Shown: positions 10,401 to 18,688 of the stretch, piece by piece
Layout: every line of letters starts with the position of its first letter
Position numbering within the stretch: position 1 is the stretch's first letter
Source: Pseudomonadota bacterium
Lineage (GTDB): Archaea; Thermoplasmatota; SW-10-69-26; JACQPN01; JAJPHT01
Assembly: GCA_021325135.1 (NCBI GenBank)
Contig: JAJPHT010000026.1
Location: forward strand, 32,001 to 96,000
Length of the DNA: 64,000 nucleotides
Direction: 5' to 3'
The notes under the pieces: generated by a model
Told to the model about the DNA's origin: nothing
Database searches by the model: none
What the model saw: the letters and a program-made list of their open reading frames with translations, nothing else
Made by a program: the position numbers and the translations under genes

Positions 10401-11555
10401 GGCGCGGCGGACAACGCCACGCGCGTCGTCGTCGTGCAGGACCGCGCGCCCACCGCCGGCTTCTCGGCGAGCCCCAACCCCGCCATGGCGGGCCAGCCCG
10501 TCTCCTTCGAGGGCGCGACGTTCAGCCACGACCCCGACGGCGACTCCACCCTCCGCTTCTTCAACTGGACCTTCGGCGACGGCGGTGGCGCCACCGGGCA
10601 CGCCGTCTCGCACGCCTACGCCAACTCGGGCACGTACCCCGTGACGCTCATCGTCAGCGACGGCTCGCTGGCCAGCGCGCCCGCCACGTCCTTTGTGCGC
10701 GTCGGCAGCGACCACCAGGTGCGCGTGCGCGTGCAGGCGATCCTCCCCGGCGAGCGCCAGGCCATGCTCAACGACTCGCACTACCTCCTCAACGTCACCG
10801 TGCGCAACGCGGGCGCCAACCCCGTCGCGCTGGGCAAGGGGGACCTCGTCCCCGACGGCTCGGGCTACGACGTCGTGCTCAACGCGGGCACCTGGATGGC
10901 GGGCGACAGCGTCACCGTCTCCGTCTTCGACGACCGCTGGATGCACGCGCCCGTCTCGCGCAACCTCCCCCTCACCGACGCCGACGGACGCGCGGGCCCC
11001 GTGGCGCTCCCCATCGAGTTGAACGTCCCCCTGAAGCCCACCGTCGCGGCGGACGCCGGAGACGGCTACCTCCAGGTGGCGGGCATGGGCGTCCCGGGCC
11101 TCCCCAACGAGACGCAGGACGGCCGCGGCGACCCCGTCTACCGCACCGCGACCGAGGCGTTCCACGGCGCGGGCACCGTCTTCTACGCCGACGGCGCGCC
11201 CGCCGAAGGCGCCAGCGTCGTCGTCGAGGCGCGTTACCTCCCCCTGGAGCTCGTCGCCGGGGTCCGCGACGGCCAGGCGCTCACGGGCCAGCCCCTCGTC
11301 CCCGACAACGTGGCCCTGGGCTGGTGCCGCGCCGACGCGACCCCCGTGGTGGACGCGGCGGGCGCCTACTCGTGGCGCTTCCAGGGCGGCGGCTGCCTGC
11401 TGGGCACGGCCGGCGTCTTCCCCGTGGGCGTCTGGGAGATCCGCGCCACCGCCACCTACAGCTTCGCCGCCTCGGGCGTCTCCACCGTGCAGACCGTCAT
11501 CGTCGACCCCACCGGCGGCCTGCTCTGGCAGAGCACGGGCGGCACGCCCCCTTGA
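7449..11555 (+). CDS. Large secreted surface protein with nine tandem PKD domains
   Basis: TTG start after GGGAGGGG SD, signal peptide; nine W[DST]F[GS]D[GN] PKD cores each followed by an H-x-[YF] motif. Confidence 0.92.
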   Translation: MLQKILVILVGLVMSLVGAFAPSSSLFASHPAPDAGLSLASSAAHDETLATVRVADGTAFAKVSVLWVEVDGQRVSEDAWGTGDVKELRFKIGTKDVDGLALAVGDKVIAVHPTDVLTVRTFNGQFAYRGLGTPAATLALQGTVKTALVSQGAATQRVQTEAAAPRVAQPAPADGRLAYVVLDTGEHLDTVDVQSTSQRFYTEETAATSPQPGNLLARYVKIDGRLVKDYTSGDGSLGTIEFQPAAADTAGGLVAVDGQPATVDANAKVLVKDFVGEYLVYQVADGLVRLRLDGYAANYTTGDAASLPASAGADVLNAAFDFEPKSPRTSDTLAFHDRSSAEGYVVFRQWDFGDNQTSVVSDPTHRYALPGVYEVRLNVTDNDLHQREVVIPVIVRNADPVPAFDFAPRVVDTGTLVAFTDRSDDADGAVVNWSWDFGDGAHAFQRNPTHQYQAAGNLTVTLTATDNLGGRQSLSRVIIVRDAPPLANFVFEPTDAQTLTPVQFIDRSTDRDGVVVAWNWSFGDGSYAEGSAPTHTFEKPGAYSVSLTAYDNNGVASTLTQQVIALNRPPVADFAWTPQGGPVNVPVTFTSTSYDPEGLPLITQWDFGDGSSGSLGPTAQHVFPRHGEYNVTVHVTDGLAQTSLTRSVSVADSAPRASLSLTPNPAYRGTVVLFADTSTDLDGDPIVARSWSFGDGQTSTLAFPNHTYSALGDYPITLTVRDGANMSSFVTTTLHVINRPPIGAARFSPALPVARQLITLDATATDPDGPANETFTYAWTFSDGGAPASGPEVTHAFQATGDYTVTLVVTDAEGGVSSPVLTRIHVGLADPLPAFTWNPLIPNAGETVTFTDQSTSPNGAIQSWAWDFGDGSPESGARNPTHAFPSDQVYAVLLTVTDSEGQLATTAQNVTVNGFPVAAFVAPTAPLSAGGVAQFTDESHDPDGDALTYAWDFGDGAHSTAQNPSHPYLSPGAYTARLTVTDPHGAADNATRVVVVQDRAPTAGFSASPNPAMAGQPVSFEGATFSHDPDGDSTLRFFNWTFGDGGGATGHAVSHAYANSGTYPVTLIVSDGSLASAPATSFVRVGSDHQVRVRVQAILPGERQAMLNDSHYLLNVTVRNAGANPVALGKGDLVPDGSGYDVVLNAGTWMAGDSVTVSVFDDRWMHAPVSRNLPLTDADGRAGPVALPIELNVPLKPTVAADAGDGYLQVAGMGVPGLPNETQDGRGDPVYRTATEAFHGAGTVFYADGAPAEGASVVVEARYLPLELVAGVRDGQALTGQPLVPDNVALGWCRADATPVVDAAGAYSWRFQGGGCLLGTAGVFPVGVWEIRATATYSFAASGVSTVQTVIVDPTGGLLWQSTGGTPP

Positions 11556-11595
11556 AGGAGCAGCCTTCAAACCCCTCCAGGGGCGTCGCGGGCGC

Positions 11596-12315
11596 GTGCG
11601 GGCCCCCGACCCCGAGGCCATCGAGCGCGCCGCCCCGTGGCTGCGCAAGGTGCGCGCCTACTGCCGCGTCCAGGTGGAGGGCGTGGAGAAGATCCCCCAG
11701 GGCCCCTGCATCCTCGCCGCGAACCACACCGGCTGGGCCGGCATCGACTACTGGAACCTCTTCATCACCGTCTACGACGACGCGAAGCGCATCCCCCGCG
11801 TCGCGGTCCACCCGTCGTACTTCCGCTTCAAGAAGGTGCGCGACCTCGCCGACCAATTGGGCTTCTTCGAGGTGAGCGTCGCCACCAGCACGGAGATCCT
11901 TGACGAGGGTGGCCTCGTGACCTTCTTCCCCGAGGCGGAGGAGGGGAACTTCAAGCCCATCTGGAAACGATATCGCCTCCAGCCCTTCAAGCCCGGCTTC
12001 GCCCGCGTCGCGCTGGCCACCGAGGCGCCCGTCGTCCCCGTCGTCATCGTGGGCGGCGAGGAGGCGAACCCCACGCTGGGGCGCCTCAAGCCGCTGGAGG
12101 AGGTCCTCCAGGCGCCCGTGCCCATCCCGGTGAACCTGCTGCCCTTCCCCGTGAAGTGGCGCATCGCCTTCCTCGACCCCGTGAGCCCCTCCACCTACCT
12201 GGAGCGCGAGAGCCCCGACAAGGACGTCGCGGAATTGATGGCGCGCGACCTGCGCCACCGCATGCAGGACGCCTTGGACGAGCAGGTCCGCAAGCGCGGG
12301 CACCCGATCCTGTAG
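11596..12315 (+). CDS. Lysophospholipid/glycerolipid acyltransferase (PlsC/LPLAT superfamily)
   Basis: Block I ILAANH...D, block III FFPEAEEG, FKPGFARVAL..APVVPV..VGGEE. Confidence 0.82.
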   Translation: MRAPDPEAIERAAPWLRKVRAYCRVQVEGVEKIPQGPCILAANHTGWAGIDYWNLFITVYDDAKRIPRVAVHPSYFRFKKVRDLADQLGFFEVSVATSTEILDEGGLVTFFPEAEEGNFKPIWKRYRLQPFKPGFARVALATEAPVVPVVIVGGEEANPTLGRLKPLEEVLQAPVPIPVNLLPFPVKWRIAFLDPVSPSTYLERESPDKDVAELMARDLRHRMQDALDEQVRKRGHPIL

Positions 12316-12373
12316 GGCGAGCATCGGCCCATCCGCCACGAGCTTCATCCCCACGCTCCTGCCACGCCTCCGT

Positions 12374-13144
12374 ATGCCCCAGGGTCGCGTGCACGTCGGC
12401 ACGTCGGGCTACGTCTACGACCACTGGAAAGGCCCCTTCTACCCCGAGGACCTGCCGCGAAAGGCCTGGTTCCGCTTCTACGCGGAGCGGTTCTCCTCCG
12501 TCGAGATCAACAACACGTTCTACCGCCTTCCGGACGAGGCCACGGTCGCGCGCTGGCGCGACGAGGCGCCCCCGGGCTTCGTCTACGCCTTCAAGGCCAG
12601 CCGCTACGTCACGCACCGCAAGCGCCTCCGGCCCGGCGGCTCCTATCCCCACGCCCTGGAGACGCTCGTCCACCGGCTCGAAGGCGCGGGGGACCGCCTG
12701 GGGCCCATCCTCTTCCAGACGCCGCCGGGCATGCGACGCGACGACGAGCGCCTGCGCGCCTTCCTCGCGCGGCTGCCGCGGCGGGACGTGCGCTACGCCT
12801 TCGAGTTCCGCGACGCCTCGTGGCACGACGAGGCGGTGTACGACCTCCTGGGCGAGCACGGCGTCGCGTTCTGCCTCCACGACTGGCCCGACGCGCCCAC
12901 GCCCCCCTCCGTCGTCACGGCGGACCTCGTCTACGTCCGCTTCCACGGCCCCCGGAGGGCCTATGCGGGGCTCTACGGCCCGCGCCGCATGGAGCCCTGG
13001 GCGCAGCGCGTCGCCCGCTGGCGCGGCGAAGGGCGCGAGGTGCTCTGCTTCTTCAACAACGACGAGAAGGCCTACGCGACGCGCGACGCCGCATGGCTCG
13101 CCCGCCGGCTGGGGGTGGATGCGCGTGCCCCGGCCGCGCAGTGA
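12374..13144 (+). CDS. DUF72 domain protein (YecE-like)
   Basis: VGTSGY.YDHW.G.FYP, VEINNTFYR.P, LFQTPP, EFRD.SW, YVRFHG, FFNND. Confidence 0.9.
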   Translation: MPQGRVHVGTSGYVYDHWKGPFYPEDLPRKAWFRFYAERFSSVEINNTFYRLPDEATVARWRDEAPPGFVYAFKASRYVTHRKRLRPGGSYPHALETLVHRLEGAGDRLGPILFQTPPGMRRDDERLRAFLARLPRRDVRYAFEFRDASWHDEAVYDLLGEHGVAFCLHDWPDAPTPPSVVTADLVYVRFHGPRRAYAGLYGPRRMEPWAQRVARWRGEGREVLCFFNNDEKAYATRDAAWLARRLGVDARAPAAQ

Positions 13145-14057
13145 GCGCGCGCTGCGCCGCGAGGCGCTCTACGGCCCTCCACTGGAAGGTCCCGGCCTGG
13201 AGGAGGAGCTTCCCCCCGTCGCGCGCTGGCCCGCGGACCTGCGCCTCCGCGTGGGCACCTCGGGCTGGGCGTACCGCCACTGGCTGGGGCGCCTCTATCC
13301 GAGGCGCCTTCCGGGCGCGCAGATGCTCGCGTTCCACAGCCGCCGCTTCGCCACGGTGGAGGTCAACAGCACCTTCTACCGGCCCCCCGCGCCCGAGGTC
13401 GTGGACGCGTGGCGCGCGCAGACGCCGCCCGGGTTCCGCTTCACGCTGAAGATGCCCCGCGCGATCACGCACGACAAGCGCCTTGTGGACGTGGCGCGGG
13501 AGACGGAGGCCTTCGTGGACCTGGCCCGCCGCCTTGGCCCCAAGCTGGGCGTGCTCCTCGCGCAGCTTCCCCCGGGCTTCCGCGCGGACCCGCCCCTCCT
13601 GGACTCCTTCCTCTCCCTCCTCCCCTCGTCGCTCCAGGTCGCGGTGGAGCTTCGCCACCGCTCGTGGCACGACGCCGCGACGGGCCGCCTGCTCGCGCGC
13701 CACGGCGCGGCCCGCGTCGTCCACGACTTCGGCCGCAAGGCGACGCCTCTTCCGCCCACCGCGCCCTTCGTCTACCTTCGCCTCCACGGCCCCTCGGGGC
13801 GATATCGCGGCGGCTACGACGCGGAGACGCTCCTCGCGTGGGCGGAGCAGCTGAAGGCGTGGATCCGCGAGGGGCTGGAGGCGTGGTGCTATCTCAACAA
13901 CGACGAGCGCGGCCACGCCGTGGAGGACGCGCTGGCGCTGCGCGGGTGGGCCACCCAGCCCGCCGCGGAGGAACGACCCCCGCCTCGTTTCCGGGCGCGC
14001 CGGCCTGACCAGGAGGCCGAAGCCGAAGCCGCTTTATGGCCGGCTCGCGCCCTCTGA
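13119..14057 (+). CDS. Second, tandem DUF72 domain protein
   Basis: VGTSGWAYRHW, VEVNSTFYR, QLPP, ELRHRSW, YLRLHG, YLNND; in-frame ATG at 13119 overlaps the end of the previous gene. Confidence 0.82.
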   Translation: MRVPRPRSERALRREALYGPPLEGPGLEEELPPVARWPADLRLRVGTSGWAYRHWLGRLYPRRLPGAQMLAFHSRRFATVEVNSTFYRPPAPEVVDAWRAQTPPGFRFTLKMPRAITHDKRLVDVARETEAFVDLARRLGPKLGVLLAQLPPGFRADPPLLDSFLSLLPSSLQVAVELRHRSWHDAATGRLLARHGAARVVHDFGRKATPLPPTAPFVYLRLHGPSGRYRGGYDAETLLAWAEQLKAWIREGLEAWCYLNNDERGHAVEDALALRGWATQPAAEERPPPRFRARRPDQEAEAEAALWPARAL

Positions 14058-14063
14058 GCCTGG

Positions 14064-15338
14064 TTGGACCTCAACGCTTTCCTCGTCGAGCTTGCCGTCT
14101 CCGGCGCCGTGGGCGGCCTCGTGGGCATCGAGCGCGAGCACCGCCCCGATGGACAGGACGTGGTGGCGGGCGTGCGCACGTTCCCGCTGGTCAGCATCGC
14201 GGGCTTCCTCATCGGGATCATCGCCATCGAGAACGCCTCGCCCCTCATCCTGGGCGCGGGGCTCCTGGGCATCTTCGCCTTCGCGCTGATGTTCATCCAG
14301 ATGCGGCTGAAGCTCAACCAGACCGGCGTCACGACGCCCGTCGCCATGATCGTGACGTTCCTCCTGGGCGTCCTCATCGCCTACGGGCACCAGTTCGAGG
14401 CCGTCGTCGTGGGGATCGCGATGACGTTCCTCCTGGTCACGAAGCGGCGCCTGCACAACTTCGTCTCGCTCCTGGACGACGACGAGATCCTCTCGACGCT
14501 CCAGTTCATCACGGTCCTGTTCATCCTCCTGCCCCTCACGTACAACCTGCCCGAGCACGTCTGGGACCTCTCGTGGCTGGGCCGCCACCAATTGGTCGAC
14601 CCCTTCAGCATCGTGCTCGTGGTGGTCTTCGTCTCGGCCATCAGCTTCGTGAGCCTCGTCGCCATGCGGCAGATCGGGCCGGGGCGCGGCCTGGAGTTCT
14701 CGGGCCTCATGGGCGGCCTCGTCAACAGCGAGGCGACGACGGCGGGGCTCGCGCAGCGCGCGCGGGAGGAGCCCCGCCTTGCCAGCGCGGCCTTCGTGGG
14801 TGCCATCCTCGCCACCATGACCATGATGGTGCGCGGCGTCGCGCTGGTGGCCTTCAGCGACCCCAGCCTGCGCCTCATGATCCGCCTGGTGCCGTGGCTT
14901 CTCCCCGTCTTCCTCGCGGGCGCGTTCTTCGCGTGGAGGGAGCGCGTCGCCACCGACGAGTCCATTCCCGCCGTGCGCGTGAAGAACCCGTTCGCGATCC
15001 TCCCCGCCGCGCGCTTCGCCCTCATGTACGCGGGCGTCTCGCTCCTGGTCGCCCTCGCGCAGCAGCAGTTCGGCCCCGTGGGCGCCTACGTCGCGACCCT
15101 GGGCGGCTTCCTCTCCGCGGGCGCCGTCATGGCCAGCGTCGCGGCCCTCTTCGCCGGGGGCGCCCTGGACTTCACCACCGCGCTGCGCGTCTGCCTCCTG
15201 GCCAACGCGGCCTCGGTCCTGGGCAAGCTCCTCATCCTGCGCGCGACGAACCCCGACCTCGCGCGGCGGGCCCTCGTGCCCTACGGCGCCATGGCCGCGC
15301 TGGGCCTCGCCACCGTGGCGGGGTCGTTCCTCGTCTGA
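14064..15338 (+). CDS. MgtC/SapB family membrane protein with DUF4010 region
   Basis: GGLVGIERE...AGVRTFPL; GVTT; ILLPL.....P; GGLVNSEATT. Confidence 0.85.
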   Translation: MDLNAFLVELAVSGAVGGLVGIEREHRPDGQDVVAGVRTFPLVSIAGFLIGIIAIENASPLILGAGLLGIFAFALMFIQMRLKLNQTGVTTPVAMIVTFLLGVLIAYGHQFEAVVVGIAMTFLLVTKRRLHNFVSLLDDDEILSTLQFITVLFILLPLTYNLPEHVWDLSWLGRHQLVDPFSIVLVVVFVSAISFVSLVAMRQIGPGRGLEFSGLMGGLVNSEATTAGLAQRAREEPRLASAAFVGAILATMTMMVRGVALVAFSDPSLRLMIRLVPWLLPVFLAGAFFAWRERVATDESIPAVRVKNPFAILPAARFALMYAGVSLLVALAQQQFGPVGAYVATLGGFLSAGAVMASVAALFAGGALDFTTALRVCLLANAASVLGKLLILRATNPDLARRALVPYGAMAALGLATVAGSFLV

Positions 15339-15340
15339 GG

Positions 15341-15382
15341 CCTGGGCTCCCGGGCTCCCGGGGCCCCTGGGCCCAGGTCCCC
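15341..15382 (+). repeat. 8-bp periodic GC-rich array (CC[CT/A]-GG-core units)
   Basis: cctgggct cccgggct cccggggc ccctgggc ccaggtcc; related arrays at 45215-45240 and 57572-57612. Confidence 0.6.
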
Positions 15383-15451
15383 CCGCGTCGGGAGGATGAA
15401 CCCCGGCTGCCGAAGCCTGCTTCACAGGTGATCCACCTGAACTGGCAACCG

Positions 15452-15730
15452 ATGCTTGCGACAGCCCTACTGACCACCGCGCTGCTCCCCTTTGCGGGCG
15501 CAGCGGCCCCCCCGCCGGATTGCGCGCCCTCCGCCGCGCCGGCCACGCAGGTCCACACGGACCCCGTGACCTATGAGCGCGTCTACAGCGCCTTCGGCAG
15601 GACCTACGTCGAGCTCTGGCAGGAGAGCAACGGCGTCTCGGGCCTCCAGCCCAGCTCCACGTGGAACTGCGGCGGCGCCGCGGACACCCTGCTGGACTCG
15701 GCCTGCTACGGCTGCCCTCTGATGCTGTAG
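15452..15730 (+). CDS. Small secreted Cys-containing protein (92 aa)
   Basis: Signal peptide MLATALLTTALLPFAGAAA; mature part has 4 Cys and LWQESNGVSGLQ. Confidence 0.6.
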   Translation: MLATALLTTALLPFAGAAAPPPDCAPSAAPATQVHTDPVTYERVYSAFGRTYVELWQESNGVSGLQPSSTWNCGGAADTLLDSACYGCPLML

Positions 15731-15800
15731 GCAGCCCCTCCTCTGGCCGTCCGATGAGGCGGCCAGAACCCTTCTTCTTCCGCCAGCCCCCCATGGCGGC

Positions 15801-17378
15801 ATGCCGTTCCCCCACCCCCTGGGCAACGAGCGCTCCCCCTCCCTCTGGATCGAGACCGCGGGGACCACCTCCCACGGACCCGTGGACGCCGACCAGCGCG
15901 CGGACGTCATCGTCGTGGGCGCGGGCATCGCAGGCCTCACCTCCTCGTACCTCCTCGCCAAGGCGGGGAAGTCCGTCGTCCTCGTGGACCGCGAGCGCGT
16001 CGCCATGAGCGAGACGGGCCACACCACCGCGCACCTCCAGATCGTCGTCGACACGCGCCTCCAGGACCTGGTGGACCGCTTCGGCCTCGAAGGCGCGAAG
16101 AAGGGGTGGGACTCGCAATTGGAAGCGGTGCGCCTCATCGAGCAGATCGCGCGGGAGGAGCGTATCGCCTGCGGCCTGGAGCGCCTGCCCGCCTACCTCT
16201 ACTCGCCCCGCGAGGAGGACGTGGACGCGCTGCGCCGCGAGATGCGCCTCGCGCGCCGGATCGGCTACGCCGCGGAGTGGGCGGACCCGCGCGAGGTGCC
16301 CTTCCCCGCCAAGGCCGCGGTGCGCTTCCCCCACCAGGGCAAGCTCCACCCGCGGCAGTACGCGCTGGGCCTCGCCAAGGCGTGCGAGCGCCTGGGCGTC
16401 CGCATCTTCGAGGGCACCGAGGCGACGAAGGTCCACGAGGGATCGCCCGTCGTCGTCGAGACGCGGGAAGGGCACAGGCTCACGGGGGATTGGTTCGTGA
16501 GCGCCGCGAACACGCCGTGGCACGTGAAGATCGCGCTGCACACCAAGCTCCACCCCTACCGCACCTACGCCATCGGCGCGCGGGTCCCGCGGGGAATCTT
16601 CGGCGACGCGCTCTACTGGGACACGCTGGACCCGTACCACTACACGCGGGTTGAGCGCGAGGGCGATCGCGACCTCGTCGTCCTGGGCGGCGAGGACCAC
16701 GAGCTGGCCGAGGAGCCCGACACCGAGCGCCACTGGGAGAGCCTCCTCGACCACCTGCGGCAGGCCGTGGACGACGTCGAGCCCGCGTACCGCTGGAGCG
16801 GCGAGGTCATGGAGACCGAGGACGGCTACCCCTACATCGGCCGCGTGCCGGGGCGCCCGGAGAACGAGCTTGTCGTCACCGGCGACTCGGGCACGGGCAT
16901 CACCAACGGCACGCTGGGCGGCCTCATGGTGGCGGAACGCATCCTGGGCCGCGGCACGCCGTGGGACGAGCTGTACGACCCCGCGCGCGTCGCGACGGGC
17001 GCCGAGGCGGCGAAGGGGTGGCTGGCGAAGAACCTCGGCGACGCCAAGGAGCTCGCCGTGCGCTACCTCAAGCCTGGCGAGATCGAAGGGCCCGACGAAC
17101 TGGCGCCGGGGCAGGGGGGCATCCTGCGGCGCGGCGCGCAGCGCATCGCCCTCGCGCGCACGCTGGACGGCGCGCTCGTCGCGCGCAGCGCCGCCTGCAC
17201 GCACGCGGGCTGCGTCGTGGGCTGGAACCACGCCGAGCAGTCGTGGGACTGCCCCTGCCACGGCGGCCGCTTCACGCCGGGGGGCGACATCCTCCACGGG
17301 CCCCCCGCGGCGCCCCTCAAAGAGGTGGACCTGGACGAGGTGCTATCAAAGAAGGAGGCCGAGGGGAAGAAGGGCTGA
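15801..17378 (+). CDS. FAD-dependent oxidoreductase with C-terminal Rieske [2Fe-2S] domain (YhfW-like)
   Basis: GAGIAG dinucleotide fold, ETGHTTAHL, DGYPYIG; Rieske CTHAGC...WDCPCHGGRF. Confidence 0.9.
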   Translation: MPFPHPLGNERSPSLWIETAGTTSHGPVDADQRADVIVVGAGIAGLTSSYLLAKAGKSVVLVDRERVAMSETGHTTAHLQIVVDTRLQDLVDRFGLEGAKKGWDSQLEAVRLIEQIAREERIACGLERLPAYLYSPREEDVDALRREMRLARRIGYAAEWADPREVPFPAKAAVRFPHQGKLHPRQYALGLAKACERLGVRIFEGTEATKVHEGSPVVVETREGHRLTGDWFVSAANTPWHVKIALHTKLHPYRTYAIGARVPRGIFGDALYWDTLDPYHYTRVEREGDRDLVVLGGEDHELAEEPDTERHWESLLDHLRQAVDDVEPAYRWSGEVMETEDGYPYIGRVPGRPENELVVTGDSGTGITNGTLGGLMVAERILGRGTPWDELYDPARVATGAEAAKGWLAKNLGDAKELAVRYLKPGEIEGPDELAPGQGGILRRGAQRIALARTLDGALVARSAACTHAGCVVGWNHAEQSWDCPCHGGRFTPGGDILHGPPAAPLKEVDLDEVLSKKEAEGKKG

Positions 17379-17385
17379 GCGGGGC

Positions 17386-18130
17386 TCAGTGCGCGGGGCC
17401 CGCGTGGACGGTGCCGTCCGCGTGGGTGTGCGTCTCGCCGGAGGCCGCGCTGGGCTCCGCGGTGACGTACTCCTCGACAAAGCGCGTGGTCTTGACGCCC
17501 GCGAAGGTGCGCAGGTCGCTGACGAGGCGGTACTTCGCGACGAACCAGCGCTGGTCGTACTTGCACGAGTCGGGCAGCGTGATGGAGACGACGTCGCCCT
17601 GCGCGTCGACCTTGAAGCCGTCCGCGCGCCCCTGGCCGTAGGCCAGCTCGATGAACCCCTTGATCTTCTCCACGGGGTCCGTGATCTCCTGGACGATGGT
17701 GAACTTGTACGTGAGCGCCTTGCCCGCGAGGGGCGGGTTGTAGTCGACGCGCACGCGGCCGGGGCTCACGGAGACGACGGTCGCCATCTTGCCCTGGTGC
17801 TGGAGGCGCATGCCCGGGTACCGGTTGACCTCCTGCTTCGAACTCGCGCAGCGGGATCGTGTCGACCTTGGCGGGGTCCTTCTCGCCGAACGCCTTCTGC
17901 GGGGGGATCGTGACCTCCTGCGCCTCGCCGGGCTTCGCGCCCTCCAGGGCCTCGTCGAAGCCGGGAATGACGCGGCCGGTGCCCACGAGCACGGGGAGCG
18001 GCTCGTAGACGACCTCGGCGTTGTACTTGCCGTGGGACTGGGCGACGTCGCGCTTCGTCGTGTCGAAGAGCTCGCCGTCCTCCGTCCAGGCCTCGTAGTC
18101 GACCTTCACCAGGGTGCCCTTGGCGACCAT
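17386..18130 (-). pseudogene. slyD: Archaeal long-type FKBP peptidyl-prolyl isomerase (SlyD-like) split by a frameshift near 17840 (true lesion or sequencing error)
   Basis: N-half VKVDYEAW..DGELFDTT...VIPGFDEAL...IPPQKAFG in one frame; C-half PGMR...RVRVDYNPPLAGKALTY in another. Confidence 0.8.
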
Positions 18131-18180
18131 ACGAGGCGGCCCAAGCGGGGCCCGGTATATGAAGGCTGGGGGTGGCTTGC

Positions 18181-18639
18181 TCACGTCGAGCCCGGCGGCC
18201 GCACCGCGCGCTCGCGGTAGGTCCACGGCGGCGCGTAGGCGACGCCGAACCACCGCTGGACGGGCGGGCTGAGGAGGTACCACGCGGCGACGCCCGCGAG
18301 GACCAGCTGCGCGAGGCCGCCCACGAAGGCAGCGCCCAGGAGGGTGAGGAGCCCGAAGACGACGTTCAGCGCGGCGAGGCCGACGCAGGCGTACCACGCC
18401 CAGCGGCGGCGCGCGAAGAGGCCCCACGCGACGGCGGCCGCGAAGAGGGCGTAGGCGAGGACGAGCACGCCGCCCGCGGCGCCCAGCGCGACGAGGCTGG
18501 AGGAGTTCACGGCGGCGCCGGCCAAGGCGCCCGCGGCGAAGATCGCGAAGGCCGCGAAGAGGGCGAAGAGCGCGACGATCAGGGCGAGCGCGGCGAGGAC
18601 GGTGACGCCCGCGGGGCGGCTGGGCAGCGGCGTGGCCAT
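18181..18639 (-). CDS. Four-TM hypothetical membrane protein
   Basis: RPAGVTVLA...GL..RRRWAW...YLLSPPVQRWF; four hydrophobic helices. Confidence 0.7.
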   Translation of the reverse strand: MATPLPSRPAGVTVLAALALIVALFALFAAFAIFAAGALAGAAVNSSSLVALGAAGGVLVLAYALFAAAVAWGLFARRRWAWYACVGLAALNVVFGLLTLLGAAFVGGLAQLVLAGVAAWYLLSPPVQRWFGVAYAPPWTYRERAVRPPGST

Positions 18640-18688
18640 GGGCGCCTTGGGCGCGCGACGTGCATCAAGGGCGCGCGCGGTCAGGCGG

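Noticed and set aside
8400-10700. Recurrent TGGGACTTCGGCGAC DNA repeats
   Set aside because: They encode the WDFGD cores of the PKD domains
7452-11648. Very long antisense or alternate-frame ORFs (e.g. 7452-11648, 8495-11875, 3973-7188, 14034-17297, 40930-43935, most of 50799-54578)
   Set aside because: Arg/Gly/Ala/Pro-rich shadows of real genes, expected at this GC; no motifs
12156-13118. N-terminal ~320 aa of the 633-aa ORF 12156-14057
   Set aside because: Overlaps the acyltransferase end and first DUF72 gene in another frame; only the part from 13119 looks like protein
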